A stretch of 63,976 bases of DNA, counting the filler, from Craspedostauros australis (taxonomy: Eukaryota): assembly GCA_030167865.1 (NCBI GenBank). It is 18 parts of 18 records of this genome, joined end to end, with 100 filler letters (N's around TTAATTAATTAA, not from the genome) between each part and the next. Parts side by side here need not be neighbours in the genome. Positions count along the whole stretch, not along the records: positions 1 to 24,584 come from JALAGF010003090.1; 17 more parts are not named here. One strand, written 5' to 3'. The number at the start of each line of letters is the position of its first letter. Position 1 is the stretch's first letter. The position numbers were made by a program, and so were the translations under genes. The notes beneath the pieces were generated by a model, which saw only the letters and a program-made list of their open reading frames with translations, did not search any database and was not told the DNA's origin. Positions 1 to 12,933 of this stretch are shown piece by piece.

Positions 1-250
1 GATGATGAAAGACGTTGATGGTACTGAAGGGGACGAAAATTACGATAAAAAGCTTGTGATTACACACAAAGTTGTTGTGTTACCGTCTACAAGTCTATTG
101 AAGTCCAAGGATGCGGTTGACAACACGTAAATCAACGCGACAAAATACGAAGCCAGCATCACAACCAGAACGCAACCGAGAGAAACAGGGAATTTGGAGG
201 AGGTGGAGTGGTCAAAGTAGTCTTTTCTCAGATGAGCGAAATTCGACTAC

Positions 251-385
251 TTTTTTGTGGTCGTAAGTGGACTGAGGAGTCCACTTACGGTAACTGGATT
301 GAGGAGTCCACTTACGAAGCCCAAAAATGCAAGGGGGTCGTAAGTGGACTGGTGAGTCCGCTTACGAAAACGCCCACACAAAAAA
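251..385. repeat. Cluster of three ~28-bp palindromic units within a loosely inverted-flanked segment
   Basis: CGTAAGTGGACT-gagg-AGTCCACTTACG at 262-289, with variants at 290-316 and 339-366. Flanks TTTTTTGTGG and CCACACAAAAAA are near-inverted. Confidence 0.7.
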
Positions 386-888
386 TTCCTTACGGATATC
401 TGGAGCTTCGTCCAAACTGGGATGGAGCACAGTCTCCACTAGAGGTCGTCGCACGCATTGGTAGATCGTACGAGCACAGCAGAGCACTCTAAAGTAGATG
501 AAAGTAGAGCGTCCGTAAACTGTGGTTTCAAACCAACGCTTCGGTCACGCTCAGTTGAATCACGAATATTTTCCTGTCGCTCCGACCACTCCCAGAAAAG
601 CAACCACCGATCGTACGTTGATCACGCTCTCGCATCTGCACAAGACGCTGGCGTTATCGTAGACTTCATTCATCGATGGGTGCATGCTCGTGGTCCTACC
701 ATACTCGTACGTGCCCTGTCACTCCCTGCATCATCACAACGAAAACGCTCTCTTTGTAGAGAGACAGAGGACAGCAGAGTGGAGTACTCAACTCGAAGCA
801 TTTGTTACTCTTCGGACAGGATTCGACGAGTGTCCTCGTATTACAGCACGTATTGGTAGAGCCATCCACCACACATGCTCTTGGACTG

Positions 889-2361
889 ATGACCAAGGGA
901 ATCAAAGCATTGGTGGCTGTGAAGTGTTTCTATCTCGCTTTGGCTCATGCTCCATCAGGGTCATCCGCAGCCTTCCAATGCGACGCGAATAGCTGCGTCC
1001 CAAATGGACGATCGTCGCACCATCGACATGACACAGGCCATTTGTTCCTCGCGATGAGGACCCGGCGTCGTTCCAACTGCGACGCGCGTCACTGGGATGT
1101 TGATTGTGAGAGCAGCAATCATCACAACGACTGCGGAAACGACCGTGACAACGACCATGATTATGGTGATGGCATCGACATCAAGATTGGTAGTACAACG
1201 GGCTGTGCAACTTCCATTGGCACCAACATCAACATCAGCACCAGCGCCAACACTGGAAGTGGCAGTGGCAATGATTCCCTCTCACACCACCTGTCTTCGC
1301 CAACACGATACGCCGCCTCGCTGGGATTATCATCTGTTGAGGAAATGGAGCGCTTGCAAAGACAGCACCAGCAAGCATCAGAGCGACTTAGTGAACGAAT
1401 GCTGTCAAAGGATCTGACAGGAAAACAAAAGCACCAGATCCTCTGCGCCCATCGCATTCGTTTTGGCAAGTCACCCTTCGTGTGCAAGTCCTGCTGGTCC
1501 TACGCGCCCATTTGCATCTGCGGACAAATAGACGACAGAGACGACGCGTCAGTCGGCTTCAAGAGCAAGGTTCCTTTCGATGGAAAGGTCGTGCTGTGGA
1601 CGCACCATGATGAATGGGGGTCGGCAAGCAATACAGGATCTGTGGTGGCAACGGCAGTTGACGGTGTGGAAATGCTCATGAAGGGACACGCACCGCATGA
1701 TGAGCGCATGGAGGAGCTCCTGCGAGATGTCGCGGTCCAGCCATTTGTACTTTGGGCAGGCAATGGTGACAATGGTGACAGTGGTGACAGTGGCGGTGGA
1801 AACAGCATCCCGCGCGATGAGAAGATCAATCCGTTGCATGAGAGCGATTTGCAGCGGCGCTCCACATATTCCCAACAATCGGACCCATTGCCCGCGGCTG
1901 CGGTATCATCCACAGAAGCATGGTCGCGCCAAAGCGAAGGCGACAACGAAGTTCCATCCCTTCGTCAGACCTGCGAAACTGTGCAGGATATCAGCCGCCT
2001 CTTGCATCACCCGTCAACCAATTCCAAGCGTATCGTCATTATCGCTATCGAAGGAACCTGGCGCAATGCGCGGCGGATGGTATCCAAACTGGAGCCCCAC
2101 ATCCCGAGGATTGCGATCCACGATGGCGATATCTTCTGGCGGTCAGGGAATGAGGCGACCTTGACAAAATCGATCCTGTCACCGTTGCGACGGCAACGTG
2201 GTGGTCCAGACGGAAATCTGTGCACCGCGGAAGCCGTCATTGCGGCATTGGTCGGGCTTGGGATGTCGCAAGAGGATGGCACGCAGTTGCTCCGACTGGT
2301 CGAAACTAAAATCGATCTAACTCGACGGTATCAAGGCAAGCCAACTATCAGTGGTGCTTGA
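889..2361 (+). CDS. DTWD2: DTW-domain protein (tRNA-uridine aminocarboxypropyltransferase, DTWD2/TapT-like), probably plastid-targeted
   Basis: Motifs CKSC...CIC, HHDEW..SNTG, IAIEGTWRNARRM (DxTW-like) and NLCTAEAV. First in-frame ATG at 889 gives a signal-peptide-like N-terminus ending SSAA-F. Confidence 0.85.
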   Translation: MTKGIKALVAVKCFYLALAHAPSGSSAAFQCDANSCVPNGRSSHHRHDTGHLFLAMRTRRRSNCDARHWDVDCESSNHHNDCGNDRDNDHDYGDGIDIKIGSTTGCATSIGTNINISTSANTGSGSGNDSLSHHLSSPTRYAASLGLSSVEEMERLQRQHQQASERLSERMLSKDLTGKQKHQILCAHRIRFGKSPFVCKSCWSYAPICICGQIDDRDDASVGFKSKVPFDGKVVLWTHHDEWGSASNTGSVVATAVDGVEMLMKGHAPHDERMEELLRDVAVQPFVLWAGNGDNGDSGDSGGGNSIPRDEKINPLHESDLQRRSTYSQQSDPLPAAAVSSTEAWSRQSEGDNEVPSLRQTCETVQDISRLLHHPSTNSKRIVIIAIEGTWRNARRMVSKLEPHIPRIAIHDGDIFWRSGNEATLTKSILSPLRRQRGGPDGNLCTAEAVIAALVGLGMSQEDGTQLLRLVETKIDLTRRYQGKPTISGA

Positions 2362-2857
2362 GTTGGAGTGTCCCCGGTGCAGATGAGCCCCTTTGCGAGC
2401 TGCAAGATGCTGGTTGCACATGATTTGAGTATCATCCGGGTCTGTTGGTGCGCTGGTGTGCTTGCATGAATCTGTGTGTCAACGCCATGTACGAATACTT
2501 CGATGTCCTCTAATGCCATTCTTTACTCTACTCGTACACTATTATGCACGTACATAGCTTTATTTTCGGGAGCAGAATGCTTTGCTATGACAGCAGTATC
2601 TGACCATATCATACCATGCGTGCTCAAAACCACCCGCACTCTTGACGTCACCCCTCCCCCCAGGAAAGTGATATGCGCAGTTGCTGTGTGTCCGCGGAAG
2701 ATGCGACGGAGAAAAATGACCAAACTGACTCAGAGGGTTGTGCTCACGACAGTTCCGGGTCTCTCTGTGCGAGTACCAATGCCAACACAAGCAGAGCCCA
2801 CGGTTTCTCCTCACACTTCACTTCACAAGAAGCTGCCCATTGCCTGCCTGATGCACC

Positions 2858-5026
2858 CTATTTCACGGCGCCTGTGTGATCAACAGCCTTGTGCTTGATG
2901 TCGGACAATGTTGCTGCCGCTTCCGTTTTGGGAGACAGTTGCCTGAGAGTTTGGCCAGCTTGCATTCCTTCGGTCAATCCGGACCGTATTATTTCGCCAT
3001 CGTCGTTGCCACCGTCGTTGCTACCGTCGTCATCATTCGCTCTCGTCAGATTCGATTGGGATGGCATGCCATCTGTCTCACCTCCTCCGTCGTGCGATTC
3101 CTGGATACTGGTTGCATTCATGAGGGATGATCTGTTTGCAATTGCCACCCCGCGATTGCCAATGCGCATCATTCTTCGAGTGGATCGGGGGCGCTGTGCA
3201 CTTGAACCGTTGTCCGACAGGAGGCTGGGGAACGACTGCTGCGAGAAGGTCATCCTTGATGGATCGACCTCATGGATTGCCCAATACAAGATCTGAAGCG
3301 GGTTGATGTTCGAAGTGTCTGGGTCAATGGTGCTGCTCCCATTGCTGGAAACATGTGTGTTGGGAGATACCGAAGAGCTTGGTTCGTCTGGACTAGAGCT
3401 CGCTACGCCCTTTCCAGCCGCGGCGACGTTTCTATCGCTTTGCATCTGCGCATCTGTTGGTGAGGTCATCGTGTTGCCTTGACCATTGCCGCTGGATGCG
3501 GACTTGAATTGCGATGACCGTTGCTCAGCAATGAGCTGCCGCAGCTTTCGCTCCGCGGTCTTCCTCGTCTTGCGATACTTGGGCCAAATGAACACGCCAA
3601 AGTTGAAGAAGCCCTGCGCTGGGTAGAATAGGGAGCAGACCATGACCAAGGTAAAGATGCCTGGATGTCCGAGCCTGTCCTGCATATCCATGGTCCAATC
3701 CACGACCCCAAATGCAAAAGGCCAAACGAATGTGTTGCAATAAACACTGCATGCAGGTATGCATGTTGCAAGCACGAGTGAGCCGGTGGGTTGTTGCCAA
3801 AAGGACACAACCAGCGAGGGGTGAGAAAGTAACAACCGAGAAGGATTGTTGAAAGGACAACATTGTGTGAGTTGACGGTACAAGCGTATGATATGTATTG
3901 AACGATGCGCTCCGTGCACACATGCGTGCGTGTGTGCGAATGTGCGTTTATGCGTGGCTGTCTGCCGACATACTTCATACTTTCAACAACAAACAGGAAG
4001 AGTACCATACAACAATAATGATGCGAATAGAGCAGAGCAGAGCATTCGACTCGACTCGACTCGACTCGACGATGCGCTGCTCTGCTTTGTGAGACGGATT
4101 ACTCACATGCCGTACATGATGCACTGCCACGTGACCTGCTTCAGACGATCCTCCTGTTGCGGAGAAAGGGCTGACCTGCGCTTGGGTTGACGACGGCGAC
4201 CTTCCTCGTTATTGCTCGCTGTTGACGGTTGCGAAGCCGTGGCGTGCTTTTCGTTCGCGGCATACGTTGAGTAGACCGCTCGGTACAGCCCCACTGTGCT
4301 CGCAACGCCGATGGATCCGAGAAAGCCCACGGTGCAAGCAACGGTGAGAGCCAAAGCACCAAAACCGAGAGGCGCCGGTTTACACTCCAGCACCGTCATT
4401 GTGGTTGCGGAAGGGTCACCGCTGTTCATCGTCGTGTTGAAGGACGACGCCAGCATGTTGACGTCGTTGGCGGAATCAACCCCATCGATCGGTTCGATCG
4501 GTACGATCACCTCCTCGCATTCTTCGGAGTAGGTCCCCATCAGGCAGTATCCTGTCATGTAGTTCAAGGCGTACTTGTTCTGGAATATCGCAATGACGGG
4601 GATCGTCATGACCGCCACAAAGGCAAAGACATGCACGAAAGGTTCGATCTTCTCGGCGATCTGCTTGTTGGTCCACTTGTGGCGGATCTGAAGGAAGAAG
4701 TTGGTGGCCAGGAAGGCGTTGTAGGCCGAGACGTAGATGGGTCCAGCGTTGAGAGAGAAGCCAAAGGCAGCGCAGGTGGCGCTGTTCCCGTGCGCGATGG
4801 GGCTGTCCGTGCGATCGGCGGGGACGAAGAAGGGGTGCATTCCATTGAACAGGCTGATGACGATGTCCCCCACCGACAGCATGACGAGGATGCGATGGTA
4901 GACCAACGAAAGATCCCGTCTGACCATGAAGATGATGAGCGATGAGCCGATGATGGAGAACGTGGAAGAGATTGCCATCACGATGCCCTGCGCCAGGAAT
5001 TGGTCATCCGTGCGATCCTGTCCCAT
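2858..5026 (-). CDS. 7-transmembrane GPCR-like receptor (cAMP-receptor/Git3-like diatom family); exons 5026-4107 and 3746-2858, ~602 aa
   Basis: TM helices with YHRILxxLSxxD, GNxxTCxxxGF, YNAFLA, IEPFVH and LFYPAQGFFNF motifs. A GTGAGT...GCAG intron (4106-3747) joins the two ORFs in frame (AT|T = Ile). Confidence 0.85.
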
Positions 5027-7236
5027 CTTGATCGATGGTGATTGTGGTTGCTCTTGTCGCTATGACTATGTTGCTGCAATTGATGCGCTGTTGGTCGTGT
5101 ATCATACGATAGTGGACTAATACTGTTGTACTCTACTCTTTGGAGAGAGTATCCTGGTGTGTTGCGTTGTATTGCGTTGTGTTGTATTGCGTTGCGTTGT
5201 GTGGTGCTCTATTCTGTGTGGGGGCTGAGCGGCTGACGACCTGAGAAAGATGTCCTCTTCTCCACTCGAGTGGTCGTATGGCACCATGTGCAACAGCTCG
5301 TACGGCCATGTGCTCGTCCTCGATCCTCGAGATGGAGTTCGTGGATTCGACTATGGGACCCATGCTGCTATCTCGTGTTGACTGGTCTCGCTGCGCAGTG
5401 ATGTTCCGTTTGATCCGCTGGCCGTGCGGAAGGGCACAGGCACGTGGGTGTTCGCGCCAACATTGCCCGCGGAAGGGCTCGCCCACGCATTCCCTCTTGT
5501 TCTCATCGTGTGCGCACCTTGTACGCAGAGAGGCTCCATCCCGTCGCGCGACAAGAACAGGGGGGAATGTCTTCCTTCCAAAACCGCTGGCGCGCGTCAT
5601 GTGGTACAACTGTGCCCATGAAGATCAGAAACAATTCTTCCACCACAACCGAGAAATGGCCAAAACAGCACAAGAGGAACAGAAAACCGGAGGTGTTCTT
5701 CCTGTAGCGCCAAGCACTCTACCACGCTCGGACGTGCGCATCCCGCATCCTGATCCTGTCGCGGCCACCTCGACCTTGACATTTGTGCCTGTTCGCTAGG
5801 CCCTGCGGGCACCATAATCGTACACAAAGACCCATCGGTGTCTCTTTGGAGCGACAACGCCGAATGGTGGTCGACCTACTTTGCCCCAACAGCACTTAAC
5901 CTCTGTGAGTCGCTTGAGAGTCCAATAGTCATCGTCCGAGAACTCACAATGTCCGTTTCTGCCTCTTTTTGTTGGACTGTCTGGTAGCTCGCAGCCGCGC
6001 AAGTTGAACTGCCAAGAGTTCCATTCTCGTTGTGGTACTTTGGCAGATTGGTGCTGAGCGACTCAACAAGAGCGTTTCGGTCAGTTCTGCATGTGCTGAT
6101 TGGCGCCATTTCCCTGGTGTGCGACAATGGCGACTCTCCAGCGCCTGTGGCTCTGTCTCTCGCTCTCTCAAGAGAAAGAGGATGGTTGGATGAGGTCAAC
6201 GACACGGAGACCCACGAAGGATGACAGCGTATCTGCGAGAATCTTGGAGGGCGACTCGTGCAAGAATCGCAACGAAAGCAGAACAAGGGAACACGAGAAA
6301 CCATCCGATCTCTCCGCAAGATCAATCAAGGCAATAATTTTCCGTTGGAGGAACGCGAAGTGAGATTGCTTGCGAAAAGCGGCTCTCATGTTGACGACCA
6401 CGAACGCGAGGCACCATGGCCCCAACCAGAATAGTATCAAAATTGTATCGCGCGAAGAGGTGAGTCATCCATCGGGAAGGCGCCGTTCGTGTCAATCCCT
6501 GCTTTCTGGTTCCGCGAGCGGAAGGACCACGGACAACAGGTCACCACCATTCGTGGTTGGCGGGCGTTGTGGCGTTGGCATGGTTACTCATACGATGGAC
6601 GTTTTCTTCGTCCTGTTCTTGGCTGTGTCCCACAAAATGCGATCGCATGACAACTATTGTATTCGATTACATTATGTTATTTTATAATATTCTATTATGT
6701 TACATTGTATTCTACAACACCAAACATACCACCCGATTGCCCGAGGGTGGCGACTTTCATGTTCTGCTGCCATACCGTGCACTCGCCTGATCTCCCCCCG
6801 CAGATGAAGCCGCCACGAAACGGACTTTCATCATAGCACAAATATTGCCAACAAAAGTGCTTCTGTCAGAGTGGGCTGGGATGGCTCATTAAAGTGATGT
6901 TCTATCCACACTTGCACGAGCTGCCGGCGTACTGGTCTGCCACGATGAACATTTCATCGAGACGCGAGGAAACAGGCACCTTGGAGCCGCTACAGCTCGA
7001 AGTTCCATCTCCAACAGACAGCGTGCACCCTCACAGTCGGTGTCTGCGTGGCGAAACGATTGCGTTGCATGCTCGGCGAATTGGAGTCAAATATTGGTCG
7101 CATAGGTGCCATGCGGGTGCCGGCGATAGGCGGGTCGAGAGAGCGACCTATCATGGACTCCAGCGATGTTGTGCTGAATCAAGGTCAACAGATACGATAT
7201 GTGTATAGCTTCCAATTGCCACCAACAATGGAACGA

Positions 7237-7309
7237 GGGCGCTTAGCTCAGTTGGCAGAGCGTCCGCTTTGCATGCGGAAGGTCGCCGGTTCGATTCCGG
7301 CAGTGTCCA
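7237..7309 (+). tRNA. trnA-UGC: tRNA-Ala(UGC)
   Basis: Cloverleaf: acceptor GGGCGCT/AGTGTCC with G3:U70, D arm GCTC/GAGC, anticodon stem TCCGC-TT-TGC-AT-GCGGA, T loop TTCGATT. Followed by a TTTT Pol III terminator; no encoded CCA. Confidence 0.97.
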
Positions 7310-10076
7310 CTTTTGGTTCGCGGTTTTGTCGGACGAGAAGAACTTGCGCTGGAGGAATCGCCTCTCCATTGTGGCGCAATGAGATGCTTCTGCGCACCAA
7401 CGAAACCGCGCAATTGCTCCAAGGCAGTTCATCCCGCTGCCCGGAGACGACACCAACAGTCACACGCGCGCAAGGGAGGAAGACTTGGCCTGTAGCAGCA
7501 ACCATGGTACAGGACAAGTCGCTGTTGCTTTTGCATCCGCCAGTTTCCGGTTGCGGAAAGGAGTGTCCCACTCGCGCGCTGCATTCACAACACATATAGT
7601 GTGTCCCTTTTTCATGAATCGTCAACCTCCTCGAAATCTTCCACTATTGTGGTGTGGAACTCCGTTTGGAAGTAATGTTGGTATATGTTGCATTTCCGGT
7701 GACCCGTTGTGCGACATACCAACACAGAACAGCTGACGACTGCGTTCCAGTCCGAATACCGAAACAACCGTTCTCCCGATTCCGCGAATGTCGCACCAAC
7801 CTTACGTCATTTGAGATGAGAACAGTCAGATTCTTTTCGTGTTCCACGGAGAACAGTTGCGCACCAAGTCCATTTTTCGCATCATGATGGCATGTGATGC
7901 CAACAACTCGTGCTCACTTTTCATCAGCGGAACCTATTCTTCACGAGGGCATCGCCCACCTTGATCCACTCTTTGTGTGCGTCTGCTTGCGTCCATGGAG
8001 ATCCAAGGCGCAGAACGGCTGTGTGATGCAGTGCACTGTTGTTTGGAGAGGACTTGTGTGTGTGCCTGCGAGCTGCGACGATCCGAACAAATCGGCGTCG
8101 GAACGAACGAAGGAACAAAAACAAGCGGCAGGATCTTGGCATTCATTCACATCGACCATGCGAACGATGCCCACTTTGCCAAACTCTTTGTTCCCATCTG
8201 CTGCTGCTGGTCTTCCCAGCATCAGGTGTGGCGTGTCGTCTCACATCACATCACATCACATCACATCACGCCGTGCCATCCCAACACTCAAGTCAATTCT
8301 CCAAGTCCAACAAAAACAAATGGACCATCACAAGGCAAGATGAACAAGGAAATGGCTTCGACGAATGATAAGATAAGAGCCTGCGGTGACCACCAAGTGG
8401 ATCGACCGCGTTGGCGAAGCAAACGGCATCAACAATTGTGAGACTCCGCCATGGCATCGACAAGGCTACTTCGCATGTCATCCACAGACGCTGACGTCCT
8501 CCCCAATACCACAAGAATGCTCTTTGCCACAACACACACGAAGAACACCAACGCAGATTACAGCTGCAGTTGCAGTTGCAACTTCAGCTACATCTGTAAG
8601 AAGTGTTTCGTGGGAGATGCGGCCACATCCGACATGCACGATGCGCAATTCGTGATGCAGCACGAGGCATGCTGAAACAGCGATGATGTGACGTTGGAAA
8701 TTCGGATGCTCGATGTGCACAAAAAATGCGAATCCAAGGCATGATACTTCTGCACAACGAGGAAGAGAAGCCTGACACGATTATCCGAGATGATGCACGC
8801 ATGGCGCGAAGGCAAAGCAGCAATTCAGCAACAATACAGCAAGCACCCCAGAAGCAATTCTGCAGGCAATGCCATAGTCTTACGGCACCTCGTGGCATGC
8901 TGGGTGCTGCCAGAAGAAAATGCTTAGATTGATGCTGTCAAAGCGACTGGGAGTTTGGCACGATGGCATCAAATGAGACGGAGAGGTTTCATCGATCACA
9001 TTTGCCAAATTGACAAATGTGGTGCTTCTCGTACAAGTCCGATCAAAGTACTCTCCACAGTTGACGGACTGGTGAATCGTCACAACCAGCAACCCATCAT
9101 CGATCGATCAATCAATCAATCAACCGACCAAACCAACAACGGGCGAATCGTGCATGCATTCATTCTACAACCACATCGATGTGCAACGGCACAGATGTGC
9201 ACCGCCAACAGCGCGCGCCCACAGCCGTCAGCTCTGCGCAGCTGCAGCAAATCCAGCCTCAACCACGACAACAAAGAACACTCGACGCCGCAAACTCGAG
9301 ACGCGGCCGAGTACGTCGAAATTGTGTGAGAGAATACGGGCGGATCCTGTGCGAATGGGTCTCAGGAAGCCAAGGAGTACCGGACAGTATTGGTATGGCA
9401 CAAGCGCCAAAACGCCGAAACACCAAAACACCAAAACAAATACCAAACTGGGCGACATCACCAGGATTAGCACCGGAAACATCATCGGCAGTATCCCCAC
9501 TATTGTCAGCAGCAGCAGCACCAGCGTCCGCGGCATGATCAACAGCAGCCGCGACTTCAACTTCGCGGAGAGCCAAAGTGCAACAGATTACAGTAATGTA
9601 GAATACAGTACAGTACAGTACAACCATAATGGCCATACCCCGCCGCGAAGCGATACAGGCATGGATGAACGAGCCGATGGGTGTGCGAAGGCTGAAACGC
9701 ACGCATCCCGGAATACGATGCCAGCCAGATCGCACATGATCCATCATCGCGCGTCGCGCACGAGGCGTTGGTTGGAAATTCGTCGGGCACCAAATGGGCC
9801 ACAGCAACGTACGTGCTCTACACTCCACTTGCAGGGTGTGCCATACGAACTCATGGAGCATTCGCAGGGCAGCGCGATCGCGCACACCAAGAACCCATGC
9901 ATACAGTCCCTGGCAACCAATTTCAAGCGCATAAATCCAAGCAAGTAATCCCAGTCCTATCAACATTACTCCACTTTCCAAAGTGTGGCACACTATCAGC
10001 TTCACTATCAGCTTCAGCATCCATAGGCTCGCAAAGTGAAGATAGAGGCAGAACAAATCCTGTCAGTACTCTCCAT

Positions 10077-10790
10077 CTACCAGGTGCACGCCGATCTGCT
10101 GTCCACCAATCTCCCCAGCTGATTCCAAGCCTCTTCGTCGTCGCTGTCGTAGCTCTCAAAGCTGCAGTCGCTATCTTCGTCGATCTGCGATTGCAGCGTC
10201 GCCAGCATCTGATTAATAATGGCCAACACCGCATCGCCCTTTTTCTCCCACGGTTTCAGTGGCGGTGATTGCGCAGCAACCGCCACGGCAGCGGCAACTG
10301 CATAGCAGTGATGTTGAGGCTGGCGATAGCGAGCTTGACCGACGTGGATACCGGTCATGTTGCCATGCGGCACGGTGTCGGCACTGTGCTGAGACGAATC
10401 GGCGAAGGAGGTGTCGTAACAGGGAGCCGCGGATGGGGGATACTGCTGTATCCAATACTGCATCCCTGCAACTTGGTGCAGGGCTGACATGGAACGAGTC
10501 GACGGAGCGTGAGTGAGGGGCTGGGATCTGTGTGGATGTTGCGTCGATGGACACTGCCGGCTTTCGAGATGATGATTTGAGATGGGGCAATGGGGTGTGG
10601 CTGGCGGCGACAGAGATTCCTCGCTGGACAGGGTTGACACAGGCGACGACGACGATGGTCCACGCTCATCCCTCGAGCTGTAGGCCTTGAGGTTGCTGTG
10701 TATTGTGATGTTGGAAAGCACTCGGTGCTGGTGCGAGTCGTCTCGAGCCGATCCAGCCTGATGGGGTTCTGTGTTGGGGGTGTCAAACAT
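10077..10790 (-). CDS. Hypothetical low-complexity protein
   Basis: ~237-aa ORF from ATG 10790, Ser/His-rich with an acidic C-terminal segment. No recognisable domain. Confidence 0.3.
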   Translation of the reverse strand: MFDTPNTEPHQAGSARDDSHQHRVLSNITIHSNLKAYSSRDERGPSSSSPVSTLSSEESLSPPATPHCPISNHHLESRQCPSTQHPHRSQPLTHAPSTRSMSALHQVAGMQYWIQQYPPSAAPCYDTSFADSSQHSADTVPHGNMTGIHVGQARYRQPQHHCYAVAAAVAVAAQSPPLKPWEKKGDAVLAIINQMLATLQSQIDEDSDCSFESYDSDDEEAWNQLGRLVDSRSACTW

Positions 10791-12933
10791 GTCGGATCTC
10801 AAATACTCGATAATACTTCGAATACTTCACGAACGTGCTGCCTCGCTCTATTTATCGGTATGGTACGGTGTGTGGTACGCCACTCTACTGTACTCTACTC
10901 TACAGTACTGTACAGAACAGCAGGATATTGGAGCTGCGAGGTGTCTGCTGGGATCAACCTCGCTGAATGTAGTCGTATGCAAGCAAGCAGGCACGAATAC
11001 GAACCCAATTGCTGATTGCTGATTGCCGCGAGTGTTGAGAGCTGGTTGTTGGTTGTTGGTTGCTGATCGGGATGTCTCACCCCTCACGAAGCCTGAGGAT
11101 TGGTGGATCGACGTCCGGTGGCATCGAAGCATGCAGAATAGAGGATGCAGTGAGATCCGATGCAACACAATACAATGCAATGAGACGCAAAGGGATCCAA
11201 GAAGGTTGAGACTGTGAGTATGATTATGGTGTGCAGATCGAAGCGTCGCAAACATCAGATGCATCATTTCGCAGAACACCTGACTTGTGCCCCACCCTCA
11301 GTGTTCTGGTACGCGAAGGACGAGCACAGAGGCAACCACAAAGCACGGAGAAGCCGAGCAAGGTTCGTACCATATGTACTATAATAGTACGAGTAGGGAA
11401 GTAGGGAAGTGGCGAGATGCGGAGGCCTCTGATGCTGGATGCGATAGGTGGTATGGAGTACAGCAGAGTACCACTTCTCCATATGATATGATATACTCCA
11501 GTGAATGTTGCTGCGTTTGAAGTAATCGTAGGGGCGACGTCGATGGTTGACTGGTCCGTTGCGGTTGCTGGCACGGTAGCTGCGGTCGGTACTGGCTGGC
11601 CTCGCTGATGCTGTTCCTACGCGAATGCTGGCGTCGGTGCTCTGGTTGCTGTCGTGTTGTTTGATGGTGTTCGTGGTTGGCACCGCATCCTCAATCTTGG
11701 CGGTAGTACCGCAGTACGCCAACTTCAGGTATCGTTGGGCTGTAGGGACGCTTCCGTGCAAATCTGCCACGATGACGCAGATGCGCGGCGCAGATGGGCA
11801 ACACAGATGGGTGCTCGTCATGGTGTGACACACAAAGGACCGATTCGAGGCCAGCACGCCGATACGCATAGTCACAGATCTGACATCACTTCATGTCGTT
11901 GACAAAAATACAGCTGAAGAATTGTCCGTTTGCCCCCTTTCTGGAATTGTTCTGAACCGAATCCGCGGAACGGCAAACGGCCGATCTGCGAGGCAGGAGG
12001 TATGGTGCGATACTCTACATCGATCTGTATGTAGATCGAGTGGCACTTGCACGTGTGCATTAGTATGGTGCCATACATGCCATGCATGCCATGCATACAA
12101 TACGTACAGATACGTCCACGCACATGACAACAGCACCAACATAGGCGCAATCACCGCAGCACCATGGTCATCAACTTCGCGTGTGGTCTTGGTGCTGTTG
12201 ATGCTCTCGTGTCTGTGCTTACTTTGTTTCTGTACTTTTAGAGTAGTTTTGGGGCGAGACATTCAAACGGTCAATTGCCACCAAGCAGTGTCAGCGGTCA
12301 AACAAACAAACTGCAGACTTGTATTCACGGTCAGAACAACAATGCACGGTCTCATATACATCAAACGTGGTATATTGAAGACACATTCAACAGAATCAAT
12401 GGGAGATTTTGTTCGCTTCGACTTGACCTGCTCGATTTCAGTCGTAGCCTTGTCTTGCTCTAGAGATAGAGAGAGAATACTGTGGAGAGCATCTCTCTAT
12501 GTATTGTACACATTGAATGTACTCCACTCCACATGCATGCTGCACACTATCCAGGGGCGAACTTCACTAGCACAGTTGGTGGAGAGCACTTCAGTGAACA
12601 TTAGGGGTTCACACAAGTATACTGCGAGCCACACCATCGTGAGGCGATTCCGGGGCCCGAGAACGTTGTCGGGGAAACAGGACATGCGCATTGCGTGGCC
12701 AGTTCCTCTGCCGATCGAGGTGGGATGCAACCTCGTGTGGATACTGCGAGCAGGAGCATCTGCTACATTTCGACATCGCAATACCAATACACCACACAAG
12801 TGCCTATTCTATCATGCTCTTCAACCGCAAATGAGTACTCCATCCGGAATGCGAACGCACATGCGATGTGTCTGCGGAGAATACAGTCTGGTAGATGTTG
12901 TGTCTATGGTACAGTTGCATTACTCCTCTATGT

